Shown: piece after piece, positions 9,265 through 17,825 of the stretch
Numbering within the stretch: the first letter of the stretch is position 1
How the letters are laid out: every line of letters begins with the position of its first letter
From: an uncultured delta proteobacterium
Lineage (GTDB): Bacteria > Myxococcota_A > Polyangia > Polyangiales > Polyangiaceae
DNA: 64,000 bases
NCBI GenBank assembly: GCA_963696385.1
Contig: CAVOKF010000005.1
Span: 1,312,001-1,376,000 of the forward strand
Reading direction: 5' to 3'
The notes under the pieces: model-generated
Told to the model about the DNA's origin: nothing
The model's database searches: none
The model's input: the letters and a program-made list of their open reading frames with translations, nothing else
Translations under genes and position numbers: made by a program

Positions 9265-10206
9265 ATGCTGGATAGCCGAAAGGTCGTTCTCGTGGCGCTC
9301 GCCGGCAACGTCGCCATCGCCGCCTGCAAGTTTGCCGCCGCCGCGGCGTCGCACTCGACGGCGACCCTAGCCGAGGCCGTACACTCGCTCGCGGACACGG
9401 GCAATCAGGCTTTGCTGTTGATCGGCATGAGCCTGGCGGCACGCCCGCCAGACGATCGGTTTCCCTTCGGACGCGCCAGTGAGCTCTATTTCTGGCCCTT
9501 CGTCGTGGCGCTGCTCCTGTTCAGCATAGGTGGGGCGTTCGCCGTCTTCGAGGGGATCGAACGATTGGCCCATCCGGTCCGCGCCGAGGGTCGCGCTATC
9601 AGCTGCGCCGTGCTCGGGCTTTCGCTGGTCATCGAAGCGACAAGTCTTCGTGCCGCCCTCGTGGAGTTCGGAAAGGTGACCGGCGATCGTCCCGTGCTGC
9701 GTGCCGTGCTCGATGCACGGGATCCGACGATCCCGCTCGTGCTTGCCGAGGATGCGGCTGCGATTGTCGGACTGATCGTGGCGCTCGCGGCTCTCGGCGC
9801 GAGCGCACTCACCGGGCAATCGTTCTGGGACCCGATGGGGAGCGTCTTGATCGGTCTGCTCCTCTGCGCCGTTGCACTGGTGCTTGCGAAGGTCACCCAC
9901 GGACTCCTCATTGGCGAAAGCGCGACCGCCGAAGATCGGGTGCGAGTCGTCGAGCTGACGTCCGGCGTGGATGGGGTCGAACGGGTCACGCAGCTTCTGA
10001 CGATGCATCTCGGACCCGACGTCATCCTGCTGGCGCTCAAGGTCGCGTTTCGTTCCACGCTGACCGTCGGAGAGGTGGAGCGTGCGACGAACGAAGTGGA
10101 GGCACGCATCCGCGCCGCAATGCCGCGGATGCGCAAGATCTTCATCGAAGCCGATTCGCGCGGCGATCGGAGAGGCGTGGGCGATTCCGGACGAGCAGCG
10201 GACTAG
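9265..10206 (+). CDS. Cation diffusion facilitator (CDF) transporter
   Basis: AEAVHSLADTGNQ, FPFG, EDAAA, C-terminal domain ending KIFIE. Confidence 0.93.
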   Translation: MLDSRKVVLVALAGNVAIAACKFAAAAASHSTATLAEAVHSLADTGNQALLLIGMSLAARPPDDRFPFGRASELYFWPFVVALLLFSIGGAFAVFEGIERLAHPVRAEGRAISCAVLGLSLVIEATSLRAALVEFGKVTGDRPVLRAVLDARDPTIPLVLAEDAAAIVGLIVALAALGASALTGQSFWDPMGSVLIGLLLCAVALVLAKVTHGLLIGESATAEDRVRVVELTSGVDGVERVTQLLTMHLGPDVILLALKVAFRSTLTVGEVERATNEVEARIRAAMPRMRKIFIEADSRGDRRGVGDSGRAAD

Positions 10207-10260
10207 GAGTCCGTTCCCCAAATCGCGCGCCTCGGGCTTGCGACGAGTGCTACGGGCTCC
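10203..10260. repeat. Short inverted-repeat remnant beginning at CTAG
   Basis: CTAGGAGTCCGT (10203-10214) ... ACGGGCTCC (10252-10260); the CTAG supplies the CDF stop codon. Confidence 0.35.
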
Positions 10261-10299
10261 GAAAGGGCCGAGGCCGTGTCGATGCCTCCGGCCGCCCTT

Positions 10300-10903
10300 T
10301 CAGGTAAGCCATACGCCCGTTACAGCCTCGCCCCCGTGGTGCCGGTCGCCCGATCGAAGGCGACGGACGCACGTCGATCGTGACACCTCCTTTCGAAGCG
10401 CGTCTCGAAGCGCGTCCGCTCCGTGTCCGTGCAGAAGAAAGACGAAATTTCGTCCTTCGTTGACGGCCCGATCGAGAAAACTCATCGCCACGGCGACTCC
10501 GTCGTCGACACGGAGTCCGCGCAGGTCACATGTATTGTCTCGCGTCCGGATCGGCATCTCTTCACTGAAGCGGCCCGATCGGTTTGCGCCGAGCTTGGCG
10601 GCTCGGGCCGTCGGGTTGGGAAGGGATTCGACTCGGGTTGCCGCCCGGAGCTCGGTCGCATCGACGGTGAGTTTGAGAGATCCCGCCACAACACGCGTGC
10701 GCGTTGCCTCCGCAGCCTGGGCGAGCCATGTGCGCGCCAGTTCCCCAGTGTCGGCAAACGGAAGTGCGAGGGCCACTTCACGCCCTAGTGGACCCGCGCA
10801 ACGATCCGCGAGGGCACCGAGGACACGATCCCATTCGAGGTCTGCGCGCGTTTTGGCCGGGCAGGGGTCGGGTCGCAAGAGGAAGGTGCGAGGATACTTG
10901 CAT
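10300..10903 (-). pseudogene. Internally deleted MutS2-like gene (N-terminal ~50 aa fused to KOW-Smr)
   Basis: KTRADLEWDRVLGALADRCAGPLGRE (MutS2 N-terminus) runs directly into RVVAGSLKLTV...DLRGLRVDD...LHGHG...GGEAVTGVWL (Smr); no Walker A; ATG 10903 is out of frame by 1 nt, in-frame TTG at 10878. Confidence 0.7.
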
Positions 10904-10934
10904 GCGCCGGGCGTGCGCGGGGATGATTGGGCCA

Positions 10935-12326
10935 ATGAACCTCGGTTCTGAGACAGTCGCGATGTCCGGTCGCCGAGCAGCGGCGTCACGCGTCGCCAGG
11001 GGACTGCTCGACAGGGGTCAGCCGGGCGAGGCCGTTTCGGTCCTCGCCGCATCGGCCGCGTGCGGGCCCAACGATCAGGAAGGCCAGAAGTTGCTCGCCG
11101 AGGCGCTTCGGATCGACCCCACATCGCGGCTCGCGCAGCTCGCGTTCGAACGCATGGAGGGCATTGCCGGCGACCAGAGCATCCTTGACCAGGCGATTGC
11201 GCGTTGGTCGGCCGAAGAGGTCGGGCGTCTGGATCGCGAGCTCGCACGCCCGTCGTTCGTGCGGGCGCAACTCGGCTTCAACAACAACGTCAAATACAAA
11301 GATCGCACGTTCCACATTCAGACCGAGGACAGCGGTCTCGAGAAGCCGCACATCATCACGCACCTTTTTGCCGACGGTGGCCACGTCATCCGAAGCCACA
11401 AACGGTCGTATGCCGAGCACGTCCGCCGCGAGGATGTTGCCCTTTACGTCCGCCAGCTCATGAAGGCACAGCAGTTCGAGATGGCCATCGCCCTGCGCGA
11501 AGGCAAGTTCGACGAGATTATCGACGGACGCGCAGTCGGCGGCATGCACCTTTTGGACTACCCGCCCAAGGTCGACGTTCAGAGAATGGCCACGCAGAAG
11601 AAGTCGCGTGTCGACGCCGCCGGCGAGATCGCGGCTGCAACTGCGCCCGAGGCGGTTGCCGCCCCGCTTTCGTCCGCCCCTCGGCGAGCGCACTTCCGAG
11701 TTACCGTCTTGCGTCGAGTGGGTGGAGGCCCGCCCGCGTACGAGCCATTGGCCTCCGAAGCGATTGTGGGCTCGACCGGTGTGATCGCGCTCCCGGGCGA
11801 ACGGTTCTGCCATCCGCGTGAAGCCGCGATACGGTTGCGCGACGATCGCCTATGGCTCCAGGATTTCGAGGCCGGAAACGGTGTCTTCTTGCGAATCCGC
11901 GCGCCGGTGGAGCTCGGCCCCGGCGATGAGTTTATTGTGGGTGATCAGCTCTTGAGGATCGAGCGCAATCCTGTCCCAGCCGATAGTCCCGATCCCGGTC
12001 CGACGTACTTCTATTCCTCGCCCAAGTGGCTTTCGTCGTTCCGGGTCGTCCAAATCTTCGAAGGAGGTGCCCTCGGTGCATGCGTGCTGGCACGGGGGAC
12101 GACATTGCAGATCGGATCGTCGTATGGCGACTTCGTGTTTCCGAGCGATCCGCTGGTCAGCGACGAGCACTGTTTCATCGAAGAACAGGCCGGTTCGATT
12201 CTCCTCACGGACCTGGGCTCACGGACGGGTGTCTTTGTCCGCATCAAGGGCGAGCAAGAGATCCTCCACGGCGACGAGTTTTTGGTCGGCCGGACGCGAC
12301 TCGTCGTAGAGCTCACGTCCCGCTGA
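10935..12326 (+). CDS. FHA domain-containing protein (TPR-like N-terminus, two FHA-like domains)
   Basis: LWLQDFEAGNGVFLR and VSDEHC...LTDLGSRTGVFVR...HGDEFLVGRTRL; start uncertain (10923/10935/10962). Confidence 0.8.
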   Translation: MNLGSETVAMSGRRAAASRVARGLLDRGQPGEAVSVLAASAACGPNDQEGQKLLAEALRIDPTSRLAQLAFERMEGIAGDQSILDQAIARWSAEEVGRLDRELARPSFVRAQLGFNNNVKYKDRTFHIQTEDSGLEKPHIITHLFADGGHVIRSHKRSYAEHVRREDVALYVRQLMKAQQFEMAIALREGKFDEIIDGRAVGGMHLLDYPPKVDVQRMATQKKSRVDAAGEIAAATAPEAVAAPLSSAPRRAHFRVTVLRRVGGGPPAYEPLASEAIVGSTGVIALPGERFCHPREAAIRLRDDRLWLQDFEAGNGVFLRIRAPVELGPGDEFIVGDQLLRIERNPVPADSPDPGPTYFYSSPKWLSSFRVVQIFEGGALGACVLARGTTLQIGSSYGDFVFPSDPLVSDEHCFIEEQAGSILLTDLGSRTGVFVRIKGEQEILHGDEFLVGRTRLVVELTSR

Positions 12327-12344
12327 GTTTCTCGCGCGAGGTCG

Positions 12345-12578
12345 TCAGACTGCCGCGTGTCCGCGCTTCATGTGCACCGCGAGAGTGTGGTGGCCGCACT
12401 GCGGGCACGGCGGCGGCCGGTGACCCCCAAGGTGCTCCTCCTCGAGTTGCCGTTGCTCGTAGGCGCGTTGAATCTCCTCGAGAGCAGGAGGCAGGGGCGC
12501 GGGCCGGACGCGCATCGCCGCGGCCTCGGCCCACGCGCCACGCCAAGTGCAGACCGTGCAGCGAAGAGTCTTATCCAT
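12345..12578 (-). CDS. Small putative zinc-ribbon protein (77 aa)
   Basis: MDKTLRCTVC...CPQCGHH, two CxxC pairs; directly downstream of pyk. Confidence 0.65.
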   Translation of the reverse strand: MDKTLRCTVCTWRGAWAEAAAMRVRPAPLPPALEEIQRAYEQRQLEEEHLGGHRPPPCPQCGHHTLAVHMKRGHAAV

Positions 12579-12649
12579 GGGCGGCATTCTTACGGCTGCG
12601 CCCGGGTGGAGCAAGCGTTTTGGGCCCGAGGCGGCGATAAGCTCCGCCT

Positions 12650-14062
12650 CTAGCCGAGAACGTGAACCCGAATGGAATTGGTGCTCCCGCTGACGCCAAC
12701 GGGTGCCCCGAAGACGATGACCACCCTCTCGCCCGGGGACCCGTAGCCAGCCGCTAGCAAGTCTCCTGTGCACCAGTCCACGAGCTGATCCGTGTCGTGC
12801 ATCGCGGGTATCTCGCGAGGAACGACGCCCCAATAAAGCGCCATTCGGCGCCGTGTCTTGGCGTTGGCAGAATAGGCAATGATTGGCACATCCGGGCGCG
12901 CCAGGCTCACCGTCATCGCGCTGAAGCCACTTTCCGTGAAGGCGACGAGGTACTTGGCGCCGATCTCGCGGGCCGTGTTGCAAGCGCCGCGGGCAACGGC
13001 CTCGGCGACGCTGGTCGCTCGGGAGAGGTACGGAGCATGCTCGAAAAAAGGGCTGCCTTCCGCCTCGAGCGCGATCCGGCTCATCATCGAGCACGCCAGC
13101 GTCGGGTGGTCGCCCGTCGCAGTCTCTCCCGAGAGCATGAGACAGTCGGTCCCCGAGTACACGGCGGTCGCGACGTCGCTCGCTTCCGCACGCGTGGGCC
13201 GAGTCGACTTCGTCATCGATTGCAGCATCTCCGTCGCGACGATGACCGGCCGGCGGACACGCCGCGCAACGGCGAGGATTTGTCGCTGGATCACCGGAAC
13301 CCGCTCGGGTGGAAACTCGACGCCTAAATCGCCCCGGGCGACCATCACGCCATCGCTTGCGGCGACCACGCTCTCCAGATTTTCCACCGCGTCCGGCGTC
13401 TCGACCTTGGCGACGACCGGCGTCGGCGCGCCCCACGCCTGGCAGATGTCGCGGATCTGCTGAATATCCGCCGCCCGCCGGACGAAGCTCATCGCGATGT
13501 AGTCGATGCCGCTCGACAAGCCGAACACGAGGTCTTCCTTGTCTTTTTCCGTCAGCGCAGAGACGCGCATCGTCTTGCTGGGCAAGTGGACCCCGACGTG
13601 GTCGCGCATGCCCCCACCCTGGTCGACGCGCGCTCTCACTCGCTGTGACTCGACGCCGACGACGGTGAGAACGAGGCGCCCATCATCGAACAGAATCCGG
13701 TCGCCCAAGCGCACGTCGGCCGAGAGTCCCTCGTATTGAATGGGCACGACGCGTTCGTCGCTGGATGCGTCGCCTTCGAAGAGGGTCACGTCCGCACCGG
13801 ACGGCAAATCGAATTTCCGTGGGAACGACCCGGTTCGGATCTTCGGTCCGCAAAGGTCTTGCAGGACCGCGACCGCCTTGTGTTCCAAATCCGACGCTTT
13901 GCGCAACCGGGAGAGCCGTGCGCCGTGCTCCTCATGCGTGCCGTGCGAAAAATTGAAGCGCGCCACATCCATCCCGGCCGCGATGAGTCCGCGCAAGCCA
14001 TCCAGGGAGTCACAGGCCGGTCCGAGCGTGCAAACGAGTTTGGCGCGACGCAGTGACGACAT
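12650..14062 (-). CDS. pyk: Pyruvate kinase
   Basis: AKLVCTLGP, ARFNFSHG, DLCGPKIRTG, MVARGDLGVE, PTRAEASDVA, MLSGETA. Confidence 0.97.
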   Translation of the reverse strand: MSSLRRAKLVCTLGPACDSLDGLRGLIAAGMDVARFNFSHGTHEEHGARLSRLRKASDLEHKAVAVLQDLCGPKIRTGSFPRKFDLPSGADVTLFEGDASSDERVVPIQYEGLSADVRLGDRILFDDGRLVLTVVGVESQRVRARVDQGGGMRDHVGVHLPSKTMRVSALTEKDKEDLVFGLSSGIDYIAMSFVRRAADIQQIRDICQAWGAPTPVVAKVETPDAVENLESVVAASDGVMVARGDLGVEFPPERVPVIQRQILAVARRVRRPVIVATEMLQSMTKSTRPTRAEASDVATAVYSGTDCLMLSGETATGDHPTLACSMMSRIALEAEGSPFFEHAPYLSRATSVAEAVARGACNTAREIGAKYLVAFTESGFSAMTVSLARPDVPIIAYSANAKTRRRMALYWGVVPREIPAMHDTDQLVDWCTGDLLAAGYGSPGERVVIVFGAPVGVSGSTNSIRVHVLG

Positions 14063-14184
14063 TTGGTTCAAAGGGTAGTTTAACCGAGTTACGGATGGGA
14101 GTATGTGCGACTTTGCGCTCCCCCCTTGATCCGGCGCGAGTCCGGACGCTACTACAGGCTGGCCTCGCATTCGAGTGATTCGCC

Positions 14185-15603
14185 ATGTCCCTCACCCGTG
14201 ACGCGTCAGGTCTTCTTCGTCTCGGCGGCATCGACCTGGCGGATCTGGCGACGCGGGCTGGCACCCCGGCGTACGTTTACGATCTCGATGCAATCGCCGC
14301 CGAGGCTCACGCCCTGCAGCTTGCGTTCGATGACGCATCGCATCTCGTGGCCTATGCCGTCAAAGCGAACACGGCGGGTCCGGTGCTTCGGGCGGTTGCG
14401 AGCGAAGGATGCGGGGCGGACGTAGTGAGCGCAGCGGAGCTTCTCGTCGCCACGTCGTGCGGTATGGCGCCGGAGCGAATCGTGTTCAGTGGCGTTGCGA
14501 AGACGAACGAGGAGATGGATCGCGCCATCGCGTGCGGTGCCCGCGGAATCGCCGCGCTGCAGCTCGAAAGCGTCGAAGAAATCACCCGTGTCCGGGCGCG
14601 CGCGAGCGCCGCGGGCCGCAGGGTGCGCGTGAGCATCCGTGTGAACCCGAGCGTCAATCTCCAGGGGGTGACACACGCCAGCATTGCGACGGGCCATGAT
14701 GCGGCGAAGTTCGGCGTCGCGCTCGAAGACGTGGGCCGTGCCGTCGAACTCATCGGAGCGGCCGGCAACCTGGATCTGGTCGGCATGGCGGTACACGCGG
14801 GCTCGCAGTTCACGAGCGTATCGCCCTACGTCGAAGCGTGCCGCGTCCTCTTCGGGGTCACCCGTGCTCTGCGCTCGGACGGTCGTGCCGCGTCGCTCGC
14901 GTTCGTCGATTCGGGCGGAGGTTTCGGTATCGATTACACGGCGCCGCCGGCCGCGCGCCAGGACGGCACCGCTGCTCCCTCCACCCTGCCTCAGCCGGCG
15001 GACTTCGTACGCGCCGCCCGCCGGGAGCAAAGGCTCGTCGGCCTGGACGATTTGGCGCTCTACGTGGAGCCGGGTCGGTCGCTCGTTGGACCCCATGGAA
15101 TCCTGCTCGCCCGTGTCATTCAGGCAAAGGTCGCGAGTGGAGCTCGATGGTCGATGATCGACGCCGGGATGAACGATCTCATTCGCCCTGCCCTCTATCA
15201 GGCTCGCCACCGCGTCGTGCCGGTGGACCGGCAGGTGGACGAGGCGACGTCATTGCCGTGGCGGGTCGTCGGTCCGGTCTGCGAGAGCAGCGACGATTTC
15301 GGACAGCACTTCTTTCCGCCCAAGCCTCCCCCTTGTGTCGCCATCCTGGACGCGGGCGCCTATGGGTACACGATGGCAAGCTCCTACAACGGTCGACAGC
15401 TTCCCATCGAAATTTTCGTCTCGAGCGGACGGGTCGTCGCCCAAACCAGCCGCCGCTCGATTCGAGTCGTGGGCCGCGGAGCGCGCCAGCTACTTGTCCG
15501 CCTTCTGAGACCCACGCCCCGGCGTCATTCGCGGAGGAGGCACGGACTTCGGGAGACCCGCGGGGGAGGCGGTGCGAGCCCGCACCACCTGACCGTCGGC
15601 TAG
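14185..15603 (+). CDS. lysA: Diaminopimelate decarboxylase; C-terminus probably frameshifted near 15461 (true stop probably 15508)
   Basis: TPAYVYD, YAVKAN, KFGV, HAGSQ, GGGFG, EPGRSLV, GPVCESSD, AGAYG..MASSYN. Confidence 0.93.
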   Translation: MSLTRDASGLLRLGGIDLADLATRAGTPAYVYDLDAIAAEAHALQLAFDDASHLVAYAVKANTAGPVLRAVASEGCGADVVSAAELLVATSCGMAPERIVFSGVAKTNEEMDRAIACGARGIAALQLESVEEITRVRARASAAGRRVRVSIRVNPSVNLQGVTHASIATGHDAAKFGVALEDVGRAVELIGAAGNLDLVGMAVHAGSQFTSVSPYVEACRVLFGVTRALRSDGRAASLAFVDSGGGFGIDYTAPPAARQDGTAAPSTLPQPADFVRAARREQRLVGLDDLALYVEPGRSLVGPHGILLARVIQAKVASGARWSMIDAGMNDLIRPALYQARHRVVPVDRQVDEATSLPWRVVGPVCESSDDFGQHFFPPKPPPCVAILDAGAYGYTMASSYNGRQLPIEIFVSSGRVVAQTSRRSIRVVGRGARQLLVRLLRPTPRRHSRRRHGLRETRGGGGASPHHLTVG

Positions 15604-17646
15604 GATTTCGACTCCGATCGTCCGGCATCGTCGCGCGAGGCGGTCCAGATCCACTCCCGCCAGCACCAGCAGACCCCCCGGAGGGGAAGGATCGACAAAA
15701 AGCTCCTGAGTCGGCCGGCGAGTTCGGAGCATTTCGCGGACGTTCGGGTCCTCGACCCAGAGAAAGCCGTTCGCCGGTGCCCATGTGGCGCGGCCGACCA
15801 CGACGCTCGCCTGCGCGAGCGTCCGCGAGAGCGACTCGGGCAAGGGCGCGAGCGCTTCGATTCGCGCGCGGAGCACGTCCGCTTCGAGACCCGCGGAAAG
15901 GGCGCGTGCCAGCGTCTGCGGGGCAATCATGAGATCGAGCGTTTCGGCCGCGCGTCCGACTTCGACGAGCGGCGCGATGGCCAGAATGGCGCCGACTCGA
16001 GCTTGCGGACCCAGACGCAACACGTGCGTGTCGAGGAACTTGGACGGCGCTCCGTCGTTCGCGGGCACTTTGTCGGCGACCAGGGCGCGGCCCCGGGCGG
16101 TCAGGCGCAGCGCCATCGGGCTGCCGCGGGGTTCGATCTCGCCATCGTGCGCGAGGTCTTCGTCCTCGCCGAGGTCGAGGATTCCGAGCGCCGGAAGGCT
16201 TTCGTGCACGATGCGGCGTGCGACCTCGATCGGGTCCACCGGATCCGCGCCAACGCGCTCGGCCCATCGGCGCAGCAGCCGGGATAGCCCGGGCACCCGG
16301 TGGTCGCTCTTGAGCCAACGCGCAAGCGACGACCACGGAACCCATCGGCCCTCGCCAAGCTCGCGCAGCGCCTCGAGGACCATCTCGCGCACGACGCCGG
16401 CTGGGCTCGTGTCGCGAGATTCCGCGGCCAGTCGGAGGATCTCCGGCTCGTTGCGCGCTTCGTCCCACGCGCCTCCCCGTCTCCACGCGACGAACAGCTG
16501 CACGGTCAGATCTTGGAGTGTGAAAGTGCCGGGAGGCGAGGACGTATTCGTAGCCGAAGCGTCCCAAAGTCCGATGGCGCGCGACAGGGCAACGATGAGT
16601 GCCACGTGTTCGGGGTCGCGACCGAAACGTGCGGCGAGTTTCTGCACCAACGACTTCGGTGTGCCGACCCCGGCGCGCACCTCGAAAACCGTTCCGGAGG
16701 GGCTGCGGCCCTCGGGCGTTCGCCCCGCCTCGCGAGAGGCCGTGGCCAGGCCCATGGCCAGGGGCGACGGATCGAGCGAGAAGCGAGCTCGGCGAGGAGC
16801 GTGATCGCCCGAGGCAACGAACTGCTTCACGGCAAGGCGTCGCGCCTCGCGCTCGCTGTGATGGGCCGCGCCGATGATTGCACTGACCTCGGTCGGTACG
16901 ACGTGCCGATTCGGGTGAACCGGAATAAGAAGGCCTCGCCGCTCCAGCGAAAAGCCCACTCCGCGACGCGAGGGCGTCGCGCCTGTTGCCGTGCGAAGGC
17001 GCAAGGGCTCGCGCTCCAGCTCCAGGAGCTCTTCGGTGTCGACTTCGCCGCCGTCCGAATCGACCCCTTCGAGGACGCGGCGCTCGGTTCCGGATAACTT
17101 GCCGATCTCGTCGGATAGCTTGACCGGGTCGCCCAGCACCTCCCATGCGCTCTCCAGAGACAGCGCGATCGGCGGCGTGGCCGGTCGGCCGAGATAATGC
17201 GACGCAATCGCCGTCGTCGTCTCGAAGGAGGCCTGGGAGAGCAGGGCCCTCAGCCCCCGGGGGTCCTCGCCTTCCCACGACTTGAGCTGCACCAGATACG
17301 CGGAAGGAAGAATGAGCTCGACGCTCGTTTCCGCCGAACGGGCAAACATGAGCCCGCGAGCGAGCAGAGGCTCGAGAGCCGGAGGCACGGACGTGACCCG
17401 GAGCGAGCCGTGCGCCTCGGCGACGCGATGGATCAACTCCGTGCACGCAGGGTTCAAACGGCTTGCGTCACGGAGCTCGGTCAACGACACCAGAGCGCGC
17501 GCGACCTGCGACGGGACGTCGATCCGTTTTGCCGGGTCGATTCGAATGGCGAGGCGGTCGATGAGCCCGTCGAGCTCACCTTGCGGCAACGCCCGCAAGA
17601 TGTCGGTCAACCGATGGTTGGCTTCGGGGGCGAGCGAGGTCGACAC
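15490..17646 (-). CDS. Helicase-associated domain protein (XPB/Ssl2 N-terminal, Helicase_C_3-like), no ATPase motifs
   Basis: C-terminal IAPQTLARALSAGLEADVLRARIEALAPLPESL; winged-helix-like repeats (LERRGLL, LRLTARGRAL). Confidence 0.65.
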   Translation of the reverse strand: MSTSLAPEANHRLTDILRALPQGELDGLIDRLAIRIDPAKRIDVPSQVARALVSLTELRDASRLNPACTELIHRVAEAHGSLRVTSVPPALEPLLARGLMFARSAETSVELILPSAYLVQLKSWEGEDPRGLRALLSQASFETTTAIASHYLGRPATPPIALSLESAWEVLGDPVKLSDEIGKLSGTERRVLEGVDSDGGEVDTEELLELEREPLRLRTATGATPSRRGVGFSLERRGLLIPVHPNRHVVPTEVSAIIGAAHHSEREARRLAVKQFVASGDHAPRRARFSLDPSPLAMGLATASREAGRTPEGRSPSGTVFEVRAGVGTPKSLVQKLAARFGRDPEHVALIVALSRAIGLWDASATNTSSPPGTFTLQDLTVQLFVAWRRGGAWDEARNEPEILRLAAESRDTSPAGVVREMVLEALRELGEGRWVPWSSLARWLKSDHRVPGLSRLLRRWAERVGADPVDPIEVARRIVHESLPALGILDLGEDEDLAHDGEIEPRGSPMALRLTARGRALVADKVPANDGAPSKFLDTHVLRLGPQARVGAILAIAPLVEVGRAAETLDLMIAPQTLARALSAGLEADVLRARIEALAPLPESLSRTLAQASVVVGRATWAPANGFLWVEDPNVREMLRTRRPTQELFVDPSPPGGLLVLAGVDLDRLARRCRTIGVEILADGQVVRARTASPAGLPKSVPPPRMTPGRGSQKADK

Positions 17647-17825
17647 GGCGGGATCAACGCGAGAGCGTAGCGGAGAACGGAGCCTTGTGCCCTAAGCACG
17701 GCGAACCGCACGGCCAAGTACCGCGACACGTCACCTTGGCGCGAGCGGCAAAACGATGATCGTCATGCTCGCAGCGGCACCTGTGAAACGGTTGTCCGGT
17801 CGAGTAAGGTGAGCGCCTCGAGGGC

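Noticed and set aside
15179..17446. Long alternative-frame ORFs (755 aa here; also 4481-6145, 44551-46533, 57524-59773)
   Set aside because: Arg/Pro-rich or antisense shadows of well-supported genes, as expected at high GC.
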